A DNA stretch of 64,000 nt, from the NCBI GenBank assembly GCA_044440125.1, contig JBITAJ010000024.1:1-64000 (forward strand), given 5' to 3'. Numbering within the stretch: position 1 is the first letter of the stretch; each line of letters starts with the position of its first letter. The translations under genes were made by a program, and so were the position numbers. Shown here one piece after another: positions 49,801 through 60,000 of the stretch. The notes under the pieces were generated by a model. That model made no database searches. It saw only the letters and a list, made by a program, of their open reading frames with translations, and was not told where the DNA came from. The DNA is from Sedimentisphaeraceae bacterium JB056. Lineage in GTDB: Bacteria > Planctomycetota > Phycisphaerae > Sedimentisphaerales > Sedimentisphaeraceae.

Positions 49801-51160
49801 GATACATTACCATACGATTGTAAGCCTGCCATATATCTTTCTCGGGATACCCTCCTGATAAAGCCATCGAAAAAGTTGAAAACTTCTCAGCCGTTGGTAT
49901 CATTTCTGTAACTTCTCTTGCTTGTGCCAGAGTTGAAACATCCGTAATATCCTGATCAGCCCAGGCATCCGGCGCATCCTTATCGTAACGTTTGATCTCC
50001 TTAGGCTCTATCTGAGAACTTATATCGTCAAAAAACATCTCTATAGTTGAACAAACAATTCTTGGATACGCCCACTTCTTATTCCATTTACGGATATTTT
50101 CAGCATTATCCATATATGGTACAATAAAATCCTCGCTATCAAATGCAAGTATGCAATCATACTTCCAGTCAATATCAACATGACGATCTACGATTCTTTT
50201 GATTTCAGTCCTGTCCCATGCCCTTATTCTATTTGGAGAATAATAAGAATCAGTACGACACATTACGGCGTTTTCATCATTATCAGGACTTATCCAGTAA
50301 AAAACAGGCTCATTTATAGCTTCAATCAAGCCGTTTGGATGATTGCTGCCATGCATAAAAAAAGGTATCCCTGCTTCTTTAAGAAACAAAGGCAGTGAAC
50401 GGGTAAAACCAGGCACATCATCTATCATTGCAACCTTTGAAGGTTCAATACCAAGCATATCAACAACATAACGGTTAGGAGTATAAAAAGTCCTTGCAAA
50501 AACTTCATAGCCTGCCATCTCTGTTGAGATAGAATTATGAAGTGCACCCAGTGATATACGCCCCTCTTTTACTCTTGCTACAAACTCCGCTACTTTTTCG
50601 GGACTGTTTATACTAACCCAACGTATTACTGGCTCACTTGTTTCAATTGTCCAGCGGAATTTAGAATCCTCCGGCCAATCATCAGTCAAACGGCAAAATT
50701 CCAACGCCTTATCTATACCGCCCTCTCTCACATGTCGTCTCACCAATTGATAATAATCAATAAACCCCAAATCCTGATGAGACACCGTCATACAATATAA
50801 ATTCCACTTTTTCTGCGGCGTAACATCAAAAATACGAGTTGCTAATGTCCTACCAGTTTTAGAGCTGTAGACAACAACTTTAACTTTTACCGCATCTGAA
50901 GGAGCATAAGTTTCAATTTTATTCCCGCCGTTTACAAATTTCAGGTTTGAAGTGTAAGGCTGTCCAGGCTGTTCAATATCACATATTTCAACCAGAACAT
51001 CAATATCCCGACCGCTATTAGTAAATTCCGCCTCAGCAAGATTTGATATTGTACCATCAACTTGCCGCGGAAAGAAAATAGTTGGCTTAAAATTGTCAAT
51101 CGATATACTCGCTAAAGATAAACTTGCCAAAACGAGAATAAACATCACATTCTTTTTCAT
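46859..51160 (-). CDS. GH38-like glycoside hydrolase with FN3, chitobiase-type and discoidin-like C-terminal domains
   Basis: SHQDLGF, FRWTIE, IDDVPG, YHEHT, VYNQLNWQRTD, VPSLGYK, LRFFE; FN3 YYYKVCAVD twice; IYYTLDGS.PT. Confidence 0.82.
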   Translation of the reverse strand: MKKNVMFILVLASLSLASISIDNFKPTIFFPRQVDGTISNLAEAEFTNSGRDIDVLVEICDIEQPGQPYTSNLKFVNGGNKIETYAPSDAVKVKVVVYSSKTGRTLATRIFDVTPQKKWNLYCMTVSHQDLGFIDYYQLVRRHVREGGIDKALEFCRLTDDWPEDSKFRWTIETSEPVIRWVSINSPEKVAEFVARVKEGRISLGALHNSISTEMAGYEVFARTFYTPNRYVVDMLGIEPSKVAMIDDVPGFTRSLPLFLKEAGIPFFMHGSNHPNGLIEAINEPVFYWISPDNDENAVMCRTDSYYSPNRIRAWDRTEIKRIVDRHVDIDWKYDCILAFDSEDFIVPYMDNAENIRKWNKKWAYPRIVCSTIEMFFDDISSQIEPKEIKRYDKDAPDAWADQDITDVSTLAQAREVTEMIPTAEKFSTFSMALSGGYPEKDIWQAYNRMVMYHEHTNGAIDCGRPSYYETERVMHSKLVSEAGEFCNRALSNSVEDISGQIKTKSDSLVVYNQLNWQRTDVVLVDELDDNVSLIDNVTGSAVKTQKLVSGKLVFVAENVPSLGYKTFTLNNEVSSINESVSSLDTVCENDYYRIKIDKQRNVISSIFDKTINKEILDLESPYFLGEYLYYNHTARKLNRAIFEDISYYKGDVVDEIHITQDTCDTNYLKLVIYLYKDIQRIDFDMQLEKLSNGNELKSYQRLLKEAVYCAIPLKVNDYEFNHELSGAVVQPAANQFNGSETSFYAIQHFSDVSNSDYGVTLSTKECPDIIYGYPRCATWDWNVDHESIMQKPKSSNMFLYLMNNMFFTNIRIDQPGEKRFRWSLRGHDGNWQQGKAYKFGWDTTNPLIAVKADKNLNGRLNGKSHSFVDVDVDNVICTTVKPAESNGSGYILRFFELSGKDTTVNVTASFVDKINNAIATTLIENDLSPIKITSDNSFEFDIKGSGLRTVRITTEPKIKSVKNVAAKAQTDMRIDLQWSAGKDDTISHYAVYRGLSDDFTVNSLSFIGIAEGTRFSDIPELNFAGWASNVLLPDTQYYYKVCAVDKYNNESKPSKVIGCRTLKSSQANEKPLKVAGLYAVYVSPNGPQQYINLWFYTNCEPDVCEYEIYRGLTADFLPSNSNKIGVIDAENGFEKYYGKFAYNRKELNRQMFEDKTAEANTVYYYKVCAVDNLGIKGEFSDSVEIEMAVPQLVIESDISKDIDSLSAKANIGLQWFGGDCEIYYTLDGSKPTPESIGYDDIFAIEKSTSVRAAAFEAGSDDPVCIVSKHFILNKVFSQSDYAREYSADKAVDGAMGPGSSWVSSPYGGQAKENARNIWFTVLLPKSCKLKGLHIIGDDREVIATTDDFKVYTRQDSDWVLTSNVKEEDAVEGKKNNFLVYFDDIVETDAVKLYFPKETLPYSANREQDGIVRIYELKFILEDNQELDYKELK

Positions 51161-51185
51161 TTTTAATTCCCTTTAATAAGAAATG

Positions 51186-54100
51186 TCAATCCACAAAAAA
51201 ACGTACTTCACTAAGCCCCGTATCATCAAAACCACTGTTGCCAAAGTTGCTTTTTATATCAATCGCTATCCATCTGGCCTCTAAATTCAGTTCAACAGTA
51301 TCCGGCGTATTATAATCATTTGTACCAGGAGCTTGATTAAACCGCTCTGTAGATAGATAATTCCAATTTGCCGCATTAAAATCACTTCCACCATCGGGAT
51401 CTGACGAAGAATTTGACCAGTAAATATCAGCATCTTTTATACCTCGGCAGGTCCATATGTCCTGATTGTAATTCCACACTTTCATTCTGCTAAGATTAAA
51501 CGTTGAGTTAAGATTGAATTTTATCCAACCGGTAGGATCATTACGATATGAAAGCCACATATCATGATAACTATTATTGTGAGCCTGACCTGTCATTCCG
51601 CTTGTGTTTACGCAATTCACAGCCGGTGCAGTAAACTCTGATTCACTTGAGGCAATTGCTTCAACATTGATTGGGAAATTCATATAGAGCCGTTCAAAAA
51701 ATTCATGAGGAGTAACAACACGAACATCAGAATCAAAACCATCTACCGCATCACAAACCTGCGGCATAAGTTCACCATCAAATGCCCATGCATTAACAAG
51801 AACAAGGCTGTAGCTTGCCTGATTATATACATCTGCAGGCAATTTATTTATTTTCCCAGCCAAGCTTAAACCGGTATCATTATTCTCATCAAGAACATAT
51901 TTAATATTAACAAACGGCTTGCCTTCAACCCATTTTATCCTGCCGTCATAAGCATAGTAAGGATAATATTCCGCATAAATACCACCACGTAAACTGTCCA
52001 TATCAGCAAACTTCTGCAAGTAAGGCTCATATTCAGGACTCTCAAAATCCCAGGATTCATCTCTCAAATCATCATATATCCACAATATATCTGTGTCAGA
52101 TTGTTTCATTCTTGAATCAAGCAACTTTGTATATTCATCTAAATCAGGATGGTCAGTAGGGAAAACATACGTACTCGCAACAAACGAATCATTATCTGTA
52201 GCATTGCGATACCACCAGTTTAATACACTCGGCATCAACTTGGCTGCCATTTGAGATGTCCCCCATCCCATTCCAAATTCTCCACGTCTTGGATGACCAA
52301 AATGATTAACATTATTAGCCCAACCTTTTGCCGATGGAAGAAATGCCAAGTTCCCCATATCAGACATATAAAAACAGACATAATGCACATTCTCTTCGGG
52401 TACATACGTATTATCACTTGCCGGTTGCCTTAACTTTATTTTAGGCTCTCTTGCTGAGAACCCTGCGTAAGTCGAAAAATTGTAATTCAATCCGGCACCA
52501 TTGGTATCCAAACCATACTCACTATGATATGTTACCTGCTCTGATTCATCATTTGAACCAAGTGCAGGATCAATCCAACCAAAATACTGTGCGGATAAAG
52601 TCCCCATAGAGTTATACAACTGGTCTACAAAACCAGAATCGCTGCTATAATTATTGAAGGCTTTGAATGCAGGTGAAATATCCTGCATATATACATCATT
52701 ATTGCCCACTATCAAATCATGTCTCAATGAATCCCAATGATTATAATAAAGCCACTGTTCATCCTTACCCCTGACATCCTCAACAAGAGTAAGTCCGGTG
52801 ATCATACCAACCCATCTCTGAATGGAAGAGTCAACCGCTACGGCATTTGTAATACCGGCAAGTGATGCGGCAACTCTAATACTTGCCTTATCATCAAAAT
52901 CAAAAAGGATATAACCTGTTAACCGATTTTCAAAATGTTCAAGATACCATCGCAGATACTCTTGTCTTTCATAGCTTATGCCGTAATTATCGACCATATC
53001 TTCCAACCACATTCTGTTGTTTGGTGTTTCGATAAAAATTTCAGGCTTGCTCTGTGCAATTATACCCTGCAGAGACTGTAAAGTTATCTGCTCAACTTGC
53101 GAAAGTTCTCTTGCACGGGCAACATAGAGATGCTCCGGATATCCAATACCAAAATCAAGGCTGGCTGTACTTGTCGTAAAACTCCAAATCTGCCCCTTAA
53201 CTCTCACATTATCAGCTACCTCATCTACTCTCCAGTAGTATACTTTGTCGGCCTCCAAAGAACCTAAATTCAATGATGTATCAATCTGACTTCCCTGAAA
53301 AACCGACGATACAACATCTGCATAGGCTACTTGATTGTAATCTTCTCCAAAATAAATTTCATGGCTTTGAGCACCTTCTCCGGCATTCCAACTCAATGTA
53401 ACGTCAGACTCATCAACACCCTCCTCTGCATCGGCAGGAATCGAAGAATAAGCTTCCGCAGGATCTGAATTAACCGTAAAATTCCAGATATAACCCTTTT
53501 CTACAGCCCCCTCGTTATCAACAGAATCCACTCGCCAATAATAATCTTCTCCCTTAGTTAACCCCGCAGAATTATACACAAGCTCTGTCTGATGAGACTT
53601 TAAAGCAGCATTCTGTTTATTAAAATCTTTCCCGAACAAGGCAAAATCCAACAAATCAACTTTTCCATCCGTGTTCAAGTCATTATCACTAACTGAAAGC
53701 CAATTACTACCTAATATGGGAATATCCTTAAAATCAACATATGAATCTAAATTGAAATCTGCCGGCATTTCCAGACTGTCTATCTGATCACTCAAATAAA
53801 CATTATAAGCAACGCTATCTTTGCCTGCCGACCAATGCAAAAGGGTATCAGTAGAAACAACCAACTGATCTGCATTGGTTTGCGGAAAAACTGGAGATGT
53901 TTTTCTGGATATATCAGCGTAAAACTGAACCTCACTTAATCCATACGAATCCCCCCCCCAATTACCATCCTGCTCATGGGCTGTAATCACTATATTCTTG
54001 GCATCTACCCCCAGATTAATAATTTGAGAATAAGTCCCTTGTGAACCGGCCTGACTTATCTCATAATCACCTAATTTAAACCAACTGTATCCATCTAAGG

Positions 54101-54482
54101 AATATTCAATAGTAACATTCCTTAAACCTCTATCTTTATAATTAGTCTGATTATAGTTCCATATCTTTAGGCTTTGAACTTCGTAGACTTTATCAAACTT
54201 ATACCAAATCCACGCTGAACCTAAAGAAGTGTCTTGATTGGCATGACACCGGCTTCCAGAATCACTTGATTCAGTCAGCCACATATGATTGTAATCTTCA
54301 TCGTGTATATCAGATGCCAAACCAGAACTGTCGATAGTTTTTGAAGCATAAGATTTCCCCCAAACACTGGAACCCCAGGCATTAATGTTTTCAGAAAGAA
54401 TTCTCTCGCTTCCATTAGTTATACCGGCAAAGATTACAAATAATAATACAATAAAAAAGACATGCCTTTTCAACATAAACAA
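51186..54482 (-). CDS. GxGYxYP-family putative glycoside hydrolase with discoidin-like, FN3-like and dockerin-like modules
   Basis: LQSLQGIIAQSKPEI, AASLAGI, YVCFYMSD..N, RGEFGMGW, WWY.NATDND.FV, LVNAW, VVTPHEF; two WNYNQ..RG..GLSEV.F domains. Confidence 0.75.
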   Translation of the reverse strand: MFMLKRHVFFIVLLFVIFAGITNGSERILSENINAWGSSVWGKSYASKTIDSSGLASDIHDEDYNHMWLTESSDSGSRCHANQDTSLGSAWIWYKFDKVYEVQSLKIWNYNQTNYKDRGLRNVTIEYSLDGYSWFKLGDYEISQAGSQGTYSQIINLGVDAKNIVITAHEQDGNWGGDSYGLSEVQFYADISRKTSPVFPQTNADQLVVSTDTLLHWSAGKDSVAYNVYLSDQIDSLEMPADFNLDSYVDFKDIPILGSNWLSVSDNDLNTDGKVDLLDFALFGKDFNKQNAALKSHQTELVYNSAGLTKGEDYYWRVDSVDNEGAVEKGYIWNFTVNSDPAEAYSSIPADAEEGVDESDVTLSWNAGEGAQSHEIYFGEDYNQVAYADVVSSVFQGSQIDTSLNLGSLEADKVYYWRVDEVADNVRVKGQIWSFTTSTASLDFGIGYPEHLYVARARELSQVEQITLQSLQGIIAQSKPEIFIETPNNRMWLEDMVDNYGISYERQEYLRWYLEHFENRLTGYILFDFDDKASIRVAASLAGITNAVAVDSSIQRWVGMITGLTLVEDVRGKDEQWLYYNHWDSLRHDLIVGNNDVYMQDISPAFKAFNNYSSDSGFVDQLYNSMGTLSAQYFGWIDPALGSNDESEQVTYHSEYGLDTNGAGLNYNFSTYAGFSAREPKIKLRQPASDNTYVPEENVHYVCFYMSDMGNLAFLPSAKGWANNVNHFGHPRRGEFGMGWGTSQMAAKLMPSVLNWWYRNATDNDSFVASTYVFPTDHPDLDEYTKLLDSRMKQSDTDILWIYDDLRDESWDFESPEYEPYLQKFADMDSLRGGIYAEYYPYYAYDGRIKWVEGKPFVNIKYVLDENNDTGLSLAGKINKLPADVYNQASYSLVLVNAWAFDGELMPQVCDAVDGFDSDVRVVTPHEFFERLYMNFPINVEAIASSESEFTAPAVNCVNTSGMTGQAHNNSYHDMWLSYRNDPTGWIKFNLNSTFNLSRMKVWNYNQDIWTCRGIKDADIYWSNSSSDPDGGSDFNAANWNYLSTERFNQAPGTNDYNTPDTVELNLEARWIAIDIKSNFGNSGFDDTGLSEVRFFVD

Positions 54483-54488
54483 CCCTTC

Positions 54489-55604
54489 TTAAACGGAAAC
54501 AGTGCAATTCTCATTTGCAAATACGGCATCTCTCATCGCTAAAACATTCTTAAGCGAAACATTACTCAAAAGTGCTTCGTGACTTGGCGATACAATATAA
54601 CGAGGACCAAAAACCTCTTTAAGTCGGCATACTTCTTCATACACCTGCTCAGCCGTACCAAAAGGTAATAATTCCTGGGTATCAACACCGCCAACAAACA
54701 CTATACTTTCATCAAACTGCTCTTTAAGTGTTACAGCATCCATACATGCCGCTTTAGCCTGAAGAGGATGCAAAGCGTCAATTCCAATATCAATAAGGTC
54801 AGGAATAATTCGTCCGATAGAACCGCAACTGTGAAGCATAACCCTTAAATTGAATTCTTTAGCCTGTGCGACAATCCTCTTATAACCAGGAATAATAAAA
54901 CGAGAACAGGCATCAGGACTTATAAGCAAATCAAGCTGACTTCCAAGATCATTGCCAAAAAACAATACATCAATATCATCAGCCATTAAATCAAGACATC
55001 TTCTATTAGCTTCAAGATAAAAACTAATAATCTTTTCGGTAGCAGCTTCAACAACCTCAGGATGTGTATACATCTTCATAAAATAATTTTCCATCCCGAA
55101 AAAATCACAAAGCACATGGAAAAATGACATCCACATACCGCCTGCTACTGCTAAGCTCTCCTTCTTAACTTCATCAAGAAGAGCAACCGCATTTGTAAAA
55201 TCAAGATATTGAGGATCAGGCCACTCAAAATCCTCAATTTCACTCACGCTGTCAGTATTGGCAAAAATCCCAGGCTGACTAAGTGAATTATAGTCTTTCC
55301 CACCTGTTACATCAAACATCGGCTTACCTTCGGGATGCTTCCATGTACCCGTCATAATCTCAGGGCTAAGCCAAAACAAATCGCTCTCTAAAGCCGCGGC
55401 AAGCTTTACATCAAGGATGTCTATATTTGTCGCGAGTAAACCATGGGACTCTGATTTATCAGGAATTTTATAATCACCTATATCAATTCCAAGCTCACGT
55501 GCATAGATTAATTTCGTATCGTCCGCAGGATGACCAATCCAAAAACCGACCCTATCTGTAGGCTCATTGTTAAAAATCGCGTTTATTCTTTCTTTAGAAT
55601 TCAT
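54489..55604 (-). CDS. Uroporphyrinogen decarboxylase-family (UroD/MtaA-like) protein
   Basis: GNDLGSQ..LLISP, MLHSCG, GIDALHPLQ, FVGGVDTQ..LPFGT, YIVSPSH. Confidence 0.85.
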   Translation of the reverse strand: MNSKERINAIFNNEPTDRVGFWIGHPADDTKLIYARELGIDIGDYKIPDKSESHGLLATNIDILDVKLAAALESDLFWLSPEIMTGTWKHPEGKPMFDVTGGKDYNSLSQPGIFANTDSVSEIEDFEWPDPQYLDFTNAVALLDEVKKESLAVAGGMWMSFFHVLCDFFGMENYFMKMYTHPEVVEAATEKIISFYLEANRRCLDLMADDIDVLFFGNDLGSQLDLLISPDACSRFIIPGYKRIVAQAKEFNLRVMLHSCGSIGRIIPDLIDIGIDALHPLQAKAACMDAVTLKEQFDESIVFVGGVDTQELLPFGTAEQVYEEVCRLKEVFGPRYIVSPSHEALLSNVSLKNVLAMRDAVFANENCTVSV

Positions 55605-55637
55605 AATAACTTTCCTGTTGTTATAGCATTTTGTATT

Positions 55638-57056
55638 TCAAGATTGCCATTGTTGTTCTATCTGCTCTAATGTTTTGCCCTTAGTCTCAGGAACCTTGAG
55701 GTATATAAAGAACACCGAAGGTAGCAGTAGCAATGAATATACTAAAAAGGTCTTGCCTGCCCCCAGATTATCTCTAAGCCATGGAAATGACTGAGCGACA
55801 AATGCACAACTTATCCAAACCATAAAAGTAGCTATTGACATTGCACGACCTCGTATTTTTGTTGGGAAAATTTCCGAAATAACAACCCACACAACCGGCC
55901 CAAATGAAAAGGCAAAACAAGCCACATGAGCGCAAAAGAGCAATGAAAGCAATGTCGCACTTACATTTGCCCTGCCAAAGAATATACTTAATAGAATAAG
56001 TATGGCACACATCCCTATTGCACCGGCCTGCAGCAACGGCTTTCTGCCGAGCTTATCAACCTTCAATATAGCCACTAAGGTAAAAACAAAATTGACGGTA
56101 CCGATTAATACCTGTATCTTAAACGCAGAGGAAGCAAATCCAGCCTGACTGAAAATCGTAGTACCATAATAGATGATAACATTTATACCGGTTATTTGAG
56201 AAAAGACAGGTAGAAGTATTCCTATCAAAAGGGCTAACCTCAAGCCTGACTTAAATAGATACGATATCTTCGCATCTTCCTTCTCAAGCACATCAGACAG
56301 CTGCTTTAATTCCAATTCTGCTTCTTTTTTACCGACTACTTTTGACAAAAACTTTACAGCATTTTCTTTATATCCCTGCTTTGCCAACCAACGAGGACTC
56401 TCAGGAACAAAAAACAGAAGCAATAAAAACATTGTCGCAGGCAAAGCTTCTGCCAGGAACATGCCTCGCCAAAATTCCGTCACAAAAATTTTATTGACAA
56501 AACCGTCCAAAACCTGCCCCGCATGAGACTGCGAATAAAGCACAATAACAGAGTTTGAACAATATGCCAACAGCACACCAAGCACAATCGCGAGCTGATA
56601 AAGGGCAACTAACCGCCCCCTCAAATTGGCCGGCGAATACTCAGATATATATAACGGCGAAAGCATTGATGCCATTCCAACACCAACACCGCCAATAAGT
56701 CTGGCACATACCAAAAAGGTAACTGTCGGCGGAATAGCCGAGCCGATTGCGGAAATCAGGAATAAAAATGCAGCAAGAATCAGTATTTTTTTTCGCCCAA
56801 ACTTATCACTCAAAATCCCTGCAAAACATGCTCCAATGATACAGCCGAGCAGAGCCGAGGATACAACCCATCCTTCCATCATACTCGTAAGTTCAAACTT
56901 AATCCTCAAAGAATCAACCGTCCCTGAAATAACGGCGGTATCAAAGCCAAAAAGCAGACCGCCTAACGCCGCAACAAAACATATCATTCCAAGATAAATT
57001 GTATTACCTTTTTCAGAAACGTTTATATTCTCCTGATATATCTGATTGTCATTCAT
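55638..57056 (-). CDS. Sugar porter family MFS transporter (XylE/GalP-like)
   Basis: GGLLFGFDTAVISG, DKFGRK, YISEYSP..RG, PESPRWL, QITGIN..YY, SEIFP..RG, PETKGKTLE. Start probably ATG 57056. Confidence 0.93.
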   Translation of the reverse strand: MNDNQIYQENINVSEKGNTIYLGMICFVAALGGLLFGFDTAVISGTVDSLRIKFELTSMMEGWVVSSALLGCIIGACFAGILSDKFGRKKILILAAFLFLISAIGSAIPPTVTFLVCARLIGGVGVGMASMLSPLYISEYSPANLRGRLVALYQLAIVLGVLLAYCSNSVIVLYSQSHAGQVLDGFVNKIFVTEFWRGMFLAEALPATMFLLLLFFVPESPRWLAKQGYKENAVKFLSKVVGKKEAELELKQLSDVLEKEDAKISYLFKSGLRLALLIGILLPVFSQITGINVIIYYGTTIFSQAGFASSAFKIQVLIGTVNFVFTLVAILKVDKLGRKPLLQAGAIGMCAILILLSIFFGRANVSATLLSLLFCAHVACFAFSFGPVVWVVISEIFPTKIRGRAMSIATFMVWISCAFVAQSFPWLRDNLGAGKTFLVYSLLLLPSVFFIYLKVPETKGKTLEQIEQQWQS

Positions 57057-57066
57057 ACGTCCAACC

Positions 57067-60000
57067 TTATTTTGATTTAACAAATTCCATAGTCATAATT
57101 TCAAATTTACTAAGTGTAATTGGAAATTCAACTTTTTCTCCGCATTCCTGATTACGACATACATAATCTTCCACAGAATCAATATCGAATTTCTGTGATT
57201 CTGTAGTCGTATTAAAAAATCTAACTTCAAGTGCATTACCATTATTTAAAGGTCTTACGCTCGTTGCGATTATATTAGAATTGGTGATACTGAACAACTT
57301 TTGACTGTCTTGCCTGACACTGTCAACAGATACCGCAACCAAAGGTCGGCTACAGGATATGCCGTATTTCTGCATGTCTATTATCTCAGAACCAAGATGA
57401 GGCTTTATAGAATATCTAAAAGTTGTAACACCTTCCTGATCAGCTTTAAAATTTGTCCACCAGTAATTATTCATCACATATGAATAAAAGGTATTCGATT
57501 TACTCAGCTCTTTTGTCCAATCCGGATAGAAATTCCTGACATTAATGCCGCCCTTTTCAACAATTGGTGCATCAAGCGTAACCCATGTTACACCGTAGTC
57601 CTTATTTGAAATATCAATCCATCGATTAACACACATAAACAATGTATTAGCTCCCGGCAACTGATCTTCAAGAGGATTTATCACCGCCCATGGAATATCA
57701 ACAAGCATTTTGCCCTGCGGCACATTAAAATCAAATCCTATATGCACTCCCTCATGCTCACGAACTTGTTTTCTGTCAAGAGTATTGGTAATATCTATTC
57801 TTCCAAGTTGTTCAATGAGAGTTATCTCTCTTGTAAGCTTATTACAACCCGGAGCATCGGAGGTAATTTCAACAGTAGAAAGAACAGCACCCTGCTCTTT
57901 AACTTCTATTGCAACATCACCATTTTTAACCGGTTCGGTATCATCTCCAAGCACATAATAGTACTCATTAAGCCCCATACCCGATTTGGTATCAGCCAAA
58001 TCCACATCAACACCCTTGAGTCTCAAACTCTCAATAGCTCCAGTGCTTTGATTGAATTTAAGGGTTATATCTTTTGACGAAATCTGCCTTTTAGAAGCTT
58101 TTACATCGCCTCTTTCAACCTCTCCGGAAACTATCTTGAAACAGCGAGAACCGAAAGCAGGAATATTCTCAGCAATAAATACAAACTCACCTGTACTCAA
58201 AAGCTGTGAAGGCACGATAGTGCCCTGATAATCTTTTACAACATTATCCTCAGAACCACTCTCAAGAGTAACAATATCGGTTCTGTCCCACGACAAGGTA
58301 TTAAAAACTTCTATATTTTCAACTTCATTCTTAAAAGAGGCAACCTTGCTTAGTGCTCCATTCAAAAGCATTTTTGACCACTTGTCTGCATCAAGAGCTT
58401 TCTGTCTCTTCCATGCCCACTGTCCTTTAGTAAACTCACTGTCGGGTTGACTGATACTTACATTAGCCCCCCACGTATGCTCTGTATAAAGCATTACACT
58501 CATCCACGCCTTGTCAAACTTATTCGACGGATAATTTTCTGAATCAAGCATTGACCACATAGTTTCCGCCTGAACAAGCCTCTCCGCCGCATTCCTGCTT
58601 ATAGCCGTCTCACGAGCAGAAGAAGCTGCCCCATCCTCCCAATATGGAGTAAAATCTCCAGAATATTCAGGCAAACTCTCACCATAACGCTGTTCAAAAT
58701 CATGAAACATATCACTTGTTGTTGCTATAATGAGCCTTGGATAGTCATATTTTGAATTCCAGTCCGCAACAAAAGAAGCAATATCCCTTGAAGGACCTCC
58801 ATTATCACCGGTTGTAAATCGAGTATAAAGAATATCATACGGATAAGCTGATTCATTCTGCTTTATTCGATTAATATAAGCCTTTAACTGATCTGCGTTA
58901 TTGAAAGCCGGATAATATCCGTTATTAGTCTGCCAACAAAGAAGTTTCTCTTTGCCTGAAGGTGAAATCCAGTAAAAAGGTTTATTATCCCAGGCCTGGC
59001 GTGTTCCACCTAAATGATCGCCTCCATTAGGTCCCCATGACATGTACTTTATACCACTTTTAGCGAGTGCCGGCACTACACCCCAAGTATATCCCGGCAC
59101 ATCTGATATCATAGCAGAGTCTATATTAAAACCGTATTTTTCTCGCAGTTCTTTAGCAAACTGAACTGTCCTGAAAAGTTCCTCTTCTCTGGCAAGACCT
59201 GTATGCTGATTACCGTAAAGAGCATCAAGTCCAATCCAGCCTTTTTTAACGGCATCGATAAGCTTTTTGACATCTTGACTTGGATGTGTATTCACATAAC
59301 TCTCAACCGCCCACAGCACTTCAACATTCCACTTAAATACAGAACCCTCAGGATTGCCGGATGTTGCCTTTGACATTTCAATTGCGTCATCTATAAATCT
59401 TTTTTGGTTTACAAGTACTTCCTCCTGCTTATGAGTATAACCCAAGTCAACATGGGAATGAGGCAATATATATATGTCCCATTTTCTAAGAGGCTCAACA
59501 GTAAGTTTACTTGTTGTAATCTTTGATTCTGCTATAAAATCAAACTGTATTTCTGTTGCTTTTTCAACAGCAGGAACAAAAAACTCAAAACTGTTTATAC
59601 CTTCTGCAAGGCTTATCTTCTCTCCTGAATTTCCTGAGTAATTTATCTCTGCCTTATTATTGTTACCGAAATTAAGCACCTCATACTCAACAGATTGATG
59701 CAGTTTATCACCTATTGTTTTTAGCGAAATACCCGGCTTTGCGGCAAGCAGCCTTACCACATCCGTAGGAGACTCGTAATTCATTGATACAGGGGTATAA
59801 AGACCTATCCAATCATAAAGCACCCAACTGCCGCGAAGACTGGTTATTATTATCTCATTACTGCCTTTTTTGAAGTATGAAGATGGAAATTCAACTTCTA
59901 TCAAAGACTCCTTACCCTTTGAAGGGTCTCCAAAAATAGAACCATCACCACCTCCGGCACGTAATTGATGCTGCGTAGAATTACCATTTATTGCAACTTC

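Noticed and set aside
54489..55604. hemE gene symbol (also for 19766..20884)
   Set aside because: Lacks the HemE N-terminal RQAGR motif, and the context is carbohydrate catabolism.
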